DNA of 64,000 nucleotides, from NCBI GenBank assembly GCA_039818205.1, contig JBCBUK010000003.1, positions 192,001 to 256,000 on the forward strand. The letters run 5' to 3'. The notes beneath the pieces were generated by a model. The model was given only the letters and a program-made list of their open reading frames with translations. It ran no database searches and had not been told where the DNA came from. Origin of the DNA: Verrucomicrobiota bacterium. GTDB taxonomy: Bacteria; Verrucomicrobiota; Verrucomicrobiia; Opitutales; Cerasicoccaceae. Shown one piece after another: positions 60,401 through 64,000 of the stretch (positions are counted from its first letter, which is position 1; each line of letters starts with the position of its first letter). The position numbers were made by a program, and so were the translations under genes.

Positions 60401-61388
60401 TAATTCCGCTTTCGTGGCATGCCCAGATGTTCCCATCTTTGTCCTCAAACAAATCGAAAACGATATTGCTAAGCAGTCCTTCATTCTCCGTCCATCGAGT
60501 GACGAATTTACCGTCGCGGTCGAAAATGAGGATTCCTAAACTGTGGATCGACGAAGCAAAAAGACCATCTTCAAGTTCAATTGTTTTATATATTAACTGC
60601 TCTTTTGCAGCAGGTGTTATGTCGGTTTTAAAAGCCTCAAGTTTGTTGTCTTCAAACTTGTAAAAACCATTCCGAAAGGTGCTAAGAATTTCTACGCCTT
60701 CATTTGGTTTCGAAATGAAATTGATGGCATCATCGCCAATCTCTTCTTTGTCTATGATGACCGGAAACCCTTTTTCGATTATTTGCCGTATACCAACGCC
60801 GCGTTGGCTAATCAGTGGGCCTGCCTGAGAGTTGTGCAGGGTAATGCGTCGCGCAGTGGGAAAGGGGAAGACTTCGATTTCACCATCGGTATATAGCACC
60901 AGGTGTTCTTCGGCAACAAACGCAATAATTTCGCCGATCGGTACTACCTGCCATATCGTTCCTAGTTGCAGGTCGGGATTTGGGAGTTCAGGGATTAAGG
61001 AGTGATAGTCACTGATCTTTCCGTTTGAGATATCGAAGTATCCTAACTCGTTATTCCCTCCAATCCATATTCGATCGCCATTGCCAATGTATAGGGTCCT
61101 GACGGTCGAGCCCGTCCTGTGTTGTCTCCAGGTCACGCCATCAAACTCTAACAAGCCATCGTTGTTAGCAAAGAACAGACGGCCATCGTCGCTTTGAGCG
61201 GCTTGCCAGTTGCGTCCGTCCGAACGAGTCCTCTCTGCTGGGAAGGATTGTATTGTGGGAGCTCCAAGGTCGCGCGCAAAGCACGAACCGGCAATGGTCT
61301 GCCAGATGATAAGCAGGCCCCAAAATATGGGTGTATGCTGTCCTTTTAAAAAAGTCACCGTCTTGCTACTTTGATCGCGTAGTCTCAT
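57453..61388 (-). CDS. Hybrid sensor histidine kinase: beta-propeller + Y_Y_Y periplasmic sensor, TM, HisKA, HATPase, receiver, Hpt-like
   Basis: Repeats FEDKDGNIW / GLLEFDG; YQTRLVGFESNWS...YTNIREGDYQFEV; PPWY; SHEIRNPMNGI; NLTSNAIKFT; VEDTGKGI; GIGLGL; LVVEDE, ILVDVNLPD, VPKP; C-terminal ILHDM. Confidence 0.93.
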   Translation of the reverse strand: MRLRDQSSKTVTFLKGQHTPIFWGLLIIWQTIAGSCFARDLGAPTIQSFPAERTRSDGRNWQAAQSDDGRLFFANNDGLLEFDGVTWRQHRTGSTVRTLYIGNGDRIWIGGNNELGYFDISNGKISDYHSLIPELPNPDLQLGTIWQVVPIGEIIAFVAEEHLVLYTDGEIEVFPFPTARRITLHNSQAGPLISQRGVGIRQIIEKGFPVIIDKEEIGDDAINFISKPNEGVEILSTFRNGFYKFEDNKLEAFKTDITPAAKEQLIYKTIELEDGLFASSIHSLGILIFDRDGKFVTRWTENEGLLSNIVFDLFEDKDGNIWACHESGISCITNPKSWTKFNNDQGLDSGYILDINEFEGRKYAGGFTGIYELRPREEQLLPHSWDRLGENRSPGWTMERTDKGVLFCRADGIDLTSGDGLVKLFEYNQDISTVSFSETADLLYITSYKNFMIGQWVDDTIEIIAEKPFPGNMWTIDYGYDSYYYFGSVDAGLQRAMARDIEDLELTPTYEPVNNPENGEAFIWAYTTNLDGVLLAITNAGVFYQSHSDLEWRQVPDSPSDLGKDPYSTNFFNNDRAVWIAYPDADLEKNQLAKIDRSAENGAPTYTEVASDGVNVLSPLHCIFVEQDNNTAWFGGSGGIIREDLSKVPNDLNRRPIISEAKFFNEIFVDDEGQTQEQRAESMEKISYPLQQAAFEFSLPYYGTKSMEYQTRLVGFESNWSKPNSNPFKEYTNIREGDYQFEVRGIIDGQPTKLVAAIPFTVLPPWYRTALAYAVFTAIGIALVFTFVQWRTRRLRTANVALEDAVRSRTIELERMNIRLAQANTSKNRFLAHVSHEIRNPMNGIVGLAHLMIDERKKKPDNRMNHLLSTAEQLKILLDGMLDFAAIENGQVKIIEGSFELENVLGELNSLHSRLATDKGLRLEVIRHFDSCPPLHGDSGKLKQILFNLTSNAIKFTDDGSVSVHAFWEATDRNDRIRLDFLVEDTGKGIPPEAQDKIFEQFQQGSNVTSMTKGIGLGLSIADRLSKLLGGKLSLEKTDSSGTQFRVQVPMQTLAPLSESQPHQENPNGEALRGSIVLVVEDEPYNQMVVRGILENVGASVTMTGTAQETMERLNDREWDFILVDVNLPDKNGVELARDIRAIEAHKARPIIAMSAYVADNDRPRIVQAGVTGFVPKPFSPTELLTAVETGRKQSTKPPKPSAPKNDAWNALAYLAEGDPDKLRELMDELRATLVEFCDRIEAASKTQDQDQIRDILHDMTPAARMFPNDSIVSLIESIRESNINSDWDSLHRDLAKMTNQALQLSTADFQ

Positions 61389-61432
61389 TGAAGATTACAC
61401 TAATCAACATCCAACACACAAAAGCATCAATA

Positions 61433-61552
61433 ATGAAAAAAATACTCACTGCGTTCTTCGAAACCGTAAAATACAATCTCGGTTATCGTTCCAGCGCTGA
61501 TCTACCCGCAGTAGAAACCAAGGCATGGCCTTCGTTCCCTTGCGGATTCTAA
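61433..61552 (+). CDS. Putative RiPP precursor peptide, 39 aa
   Basis: MKKILTAFFETVKYNLGYRSSADLPAVETKAWPSFPCGF from ATG 61433, directly upstream of a YcaO-like gene; Ser/Cys in the C-terminal segment. Confidence 0.7.
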   Translation: MKKILTAFFETVKYNLGYRSSADLPAVETKAWPSFPCGF

Positions 61553-61589
61553 GACCGGGTTAAGCAAACGTCATTACTGCTGCAAAGCG

Positions 61590-61622
61590 GTGCCGCTGCC
61601 CCTTCAGACCGGGCAGCGGCAC
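61590..61622 (+). promoter_or_regulatory. Strong intercistronic stem-loop between peptide and YcaO genes
   Basis: GTGCCGCTGCCC (61590-61601), 9-nt loop, GGGCAGCGGCAC (61611-61622); perfect 12-bp stem with no long U-tract. Confidence 0.75.
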
Positions 61623-61649
61623 TTAAATAAACAAAACAAATAAATCCTA

Positions 61650-62570
61650 ATGTTAAAATCCATGAATCTGGCTCCATTGAAGTTTCGCGATGTGTTGGCA
61701 AGCGATGGTGGCCCAATCCGTACGGTTGATGTTGGTACGGAAACGATTCTGGGCCGGGACCAATATTCGGCCCATGCCTATTTATGTGAGGACCTTTACG
61801 TTAAGCGACAGACGTCTGCCGTAATCACCAAGATGCCAGACGGCGCGGGAACCGCATCGGACCCAAACACCGCAAAGTTTCGAGCAATCTCTGAAGCTCT
61901 GGAGCGCTGGGCGTTCGGGCAATGCTCTATCATTGAAAGCTATAAGAAGGAGCTCGGATTCGACTATGATCCGACGACCAATGGGATGGGAGCCTTCCCC
62001 GGGCTATTTGATACGCCAGCGCGCCTTGCCGCCGAGCGCGAGGCGATTGAGCGTCATTGCTTGGTTCTTTGGTGGGAAGGCTTTCTCGATGTAACGAGTA
62101 TCGCGGACCCATTTCCCGGTGTTCGGGGAATCCAGATCGAAAATCCCTTTAGCGATGATATTGTCGTGTTGCTTTGGCAGTTTGTTGACGATCGTTTTTA
62201 TATCTATGGTTTCGGTCTGGGAACGACGATGGACGATGCCTGCTGGCGGGCGGGCGTTGAAATGTATCGCACCGGTAAGATTACTCGATCGCACTATGCG
62301 AAAAACGATTCAATCGACGAGGCCTACTTCAGTGAGTTTGAACACCTCTTCGAGAAGCGAATCCTTTTCTATTCACGGCCCGATGGTTTTATTCAACTGC
62401 TTGAGCGTTTGGAAACACGACCGATAAAGCGGTATCCTGGCTCGCCGGACATTATTGTGGATCGCAAGGTTACCGGCCCCTGGGATCGTTTTGTAACGGT
62501 GTGGCGCGTTGTCTATCGACAGCCTAGTCGTGAATTCGCCAGTGACCGCGCCGACTATTTCTTTTGGTGA
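61650..62570 (+). CDS. Compact stand-alone YcaO-like protein
   Basis: YcaO ATP/Mg motifs in order: DGAG...AISEALER, TTNGMGA, EREAIERH, WRAGVE; 306 aa. Confidence 0.8.
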   Translation: MLKSMNLAPLKFRDVLASDGGPIRTVDVGTETILGRDQYSAHAYLCEDLYVKRQTSAVITKMPDGAGTASDPNTAKFRAISEALERWAFGQCSIIESYKKELGFDYDPTTNGMGAFPGLFDTPARLAAEREAIERHCLVLWWEGFLDVTSIADPFPGVRGIQIENPFSDDIVVLLWQFVDDRFYIYGFGLGTTMDDACWRAGVEMYRTGKITRSHYAKNDSIDEAYFSEFEHLFEKRILFYSRPDGFIQLLERLETRPIKRYPGSPDIIVDRKVTGPWDRFVTVWRVVYRQPSREFASDRADYFFW

Positions 62571-62618
62571 TCACAGATTCTGTTTAACAACAATCCGAAC
62601 CCTCAATGAATGAGTTTT

Positions 62619-64000
62619 TTAGAACTGCTTGCTTATGGCACCATAGACAAAGCGGTTCTGAATAGAGTATAGGGAAGTGTCGTAGCCGTCGGCGAAAGCG
62701 CCGGCGGCGAACGGCGGCGATTCATCGAAGACATTGTCAACGCCGACCGTAACAGTTGTGCCATCTAGAATCTCGCTTTCGGTGTTCTTGAACTCGTAGC
62801 TAGCCACCAGGTTTACCTTCACGTACTCCTCAACCGTACGCGGGACTCCTCCAAGGGTGAAGCTGCTGTCATCATCATAGGATCCAATGTATTGAACGGT
62901 AGCTCCTATGGACGCATCGTATACAAATAGGTAGACGCTGGCCAAGCCCTTCCAGCGAGGGATCGCACCTGGGCTCAAATTGTTTGAACGTTTATCGACG
63001 AATCCGCCAGCAAATGAGAGTTCTCCAACACCGGGAACTTCGGCATCATAGCTTAGCACTTGGTTGACTCCGATCGACGCCAAGGTTCGGATGTTTTCCG
63101 TGATCGAGTAGTCATATTCAATGCGGTAGTCCAAGCCTTGGGTTGTGATTCGCGAGGCGTTGAAATAACGGGAGTTCACAAAGATGACGGGTCCCATGGG
63201 GCCAGCGCGCACGACGTCGTTGGGATTGTTTTGGTCCAAGGTAAACTGTGCACCATTGGCAATCGCGTCATCAACGTTCAGGTAGTAGTAGTCCACTCGG
63301 AAGGCGAGGCCTTCAACCGGCTCGGGTTCCCAGATGACACTAGCCGAAACGCTTTGTGAGGTTTCCGGATCGAGTGACGGGTTTCCACGTAGGAAGGTCG
63401 GGATAGGGGTTCCCGGTGCCGTTGCTCCCGTTGGGTCGACGAGGATGGGAAAGTCAAAGGTTTGGCTGGCATAGGATTCATACAAGGTCGGCGCACGAAA
63501 GCCGGTGCTGTACGAAGCGCGGAGTGTGACCGTTTCTACCGGCTTTAAGCGAAGCGCAACCTTCCATGAAAGATTGCTGTAACCGTTTGGCGCAGATAGA
63601 CCGGTGACGGGGTCATTGCCGTTGTCATCAAATGTTTCGAACCGCAGCCCGAGACTGAGATCCAAGTTCTGTGCGAGGGGAACATCGTGGTGGGGAGCGA
63701 GGATCGGCACGTATGTTTCACCAAAGAAGGCGAAGACATTGCGCTGCCCACTAAAGGGTTGATTGAAGCCTGCGGCTCCGAGGTTCTGGCCGGTTGACCA
63801 AAGCACATCGGGTGTGTTGTCGATGGACTCGTAACGGTATTCGAAACCAATGGCACCATCTAATGCGCCTGCCGGTAGGTCTATGATCTTACCCGACACT
63901 TTGGCGTCATAGGTAAGCATGTTTTCGAATAGATCATTGTGTGGCTCAACGGCTGCTGTTTGAAGTGCCGTGTAGTTGTTAAAGCTGATTCCCGCATTGT
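62619..64000 (-). CDS. TonB-dependent receptor, C-terminal barrel (5' part outside window)
   Basis: LRASYSTGFRAPTL, GNPSLDPETS, GVDNVFD..PP, C-terminal YGAISKQF. Confidence 0.93.
   Translation of the reverse strand, partial: NAGISFNNYTALQTAAVEPHNDLFENMLTYDAKVSGKIIDLPAGALDGAIGFEYRYESIDNTPDVLWSTGQNLGAAGFNQPFSGQRNVFAFFGETYVPILAPHHDVPLAQNLDLSLGLRFETFDDNGNDPVTGLSAPNGYSNLSWKVALRLKPVETVTLRASYSTGFRAPTLYESYASQTFDFPILVDPTGATAPGTPIPTFLRGNPSLDPETSQSVSASVIWEPEPVEGLAFRVDYYYLNVDDAIANGAQFTLDQNNPNDVVRAGPMGPVIFVNSRYFNASRITTQGLDYRIEYDYSITENIRTLASIGVNQVLSYDAEVPGVGELSFAGGFVDKRSNNLSPGAIPRWKGLASVYLFVYDASIGATVQYIGSYDDDSSFTLGGVPRTVEEYVKVNLVASYEFKNTESEILDGTTVTVGVDNVFDESPPFAAGAFADGYDTSLYSIQNRFVYGAISKQF

Noticed and set aside
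61331..61552. 73-aa ORF as given in the track
   Set aside because: Its GTG start overlaps the kinase gene on the opposite strand; ATG 61433 gives a non-overlapping 39-aa ORF
1..64000. CRISPR arrays, IS/transposase/integrase genes, rRNA and tRNA genes, defence systems
   Set aside because: None recognised by eye in the ORF set or intergenic regions; dedicated scans were not run

Overview
A gene-dense, mostly housekeeping chromosomal segment from a PVC-superphylum bacterium, most likely Verrucomicrobiota (Opitutia-like). The taxonomic hints are the PVC small basic signature protein (47840-47998), a PEP-CTERM protein, a eukaryote-type UDP-GlcNAc pyrophosphorylase and a YtgCR-like permease-DtxR fusion. 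Core genes include a PPi-type phosphofructokinase, miaB, purB, avtA, pheA, uvrA, nrdDG, hisC/B/H and gltA. There is a Mn-type ABC operon headed by an OprB-like porin, with tandem MntR-like boxes and a divergent mntR. I found no rRNA, tRNA, CRISPR array or mobile element. The most interesting locus is at the right end. A 39-aa ORF ending in WPSFPCGF (61433-61552) is followed by a perfect 12-bp stem-loop and a compact stand-alone YcaO-like enzyme (61650-62570). This pair is head-to-head with a beta-propeller hybrid sensor kinase and tail-to-tail with a TonB-dependent receptor. I infer a candidate minimal RiPP or peptide-signalling system. Four small genes that the ORF track missed or mis-started were recovered by hand translation. 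All product calls come from motif recognition by eye; no database searches were run.
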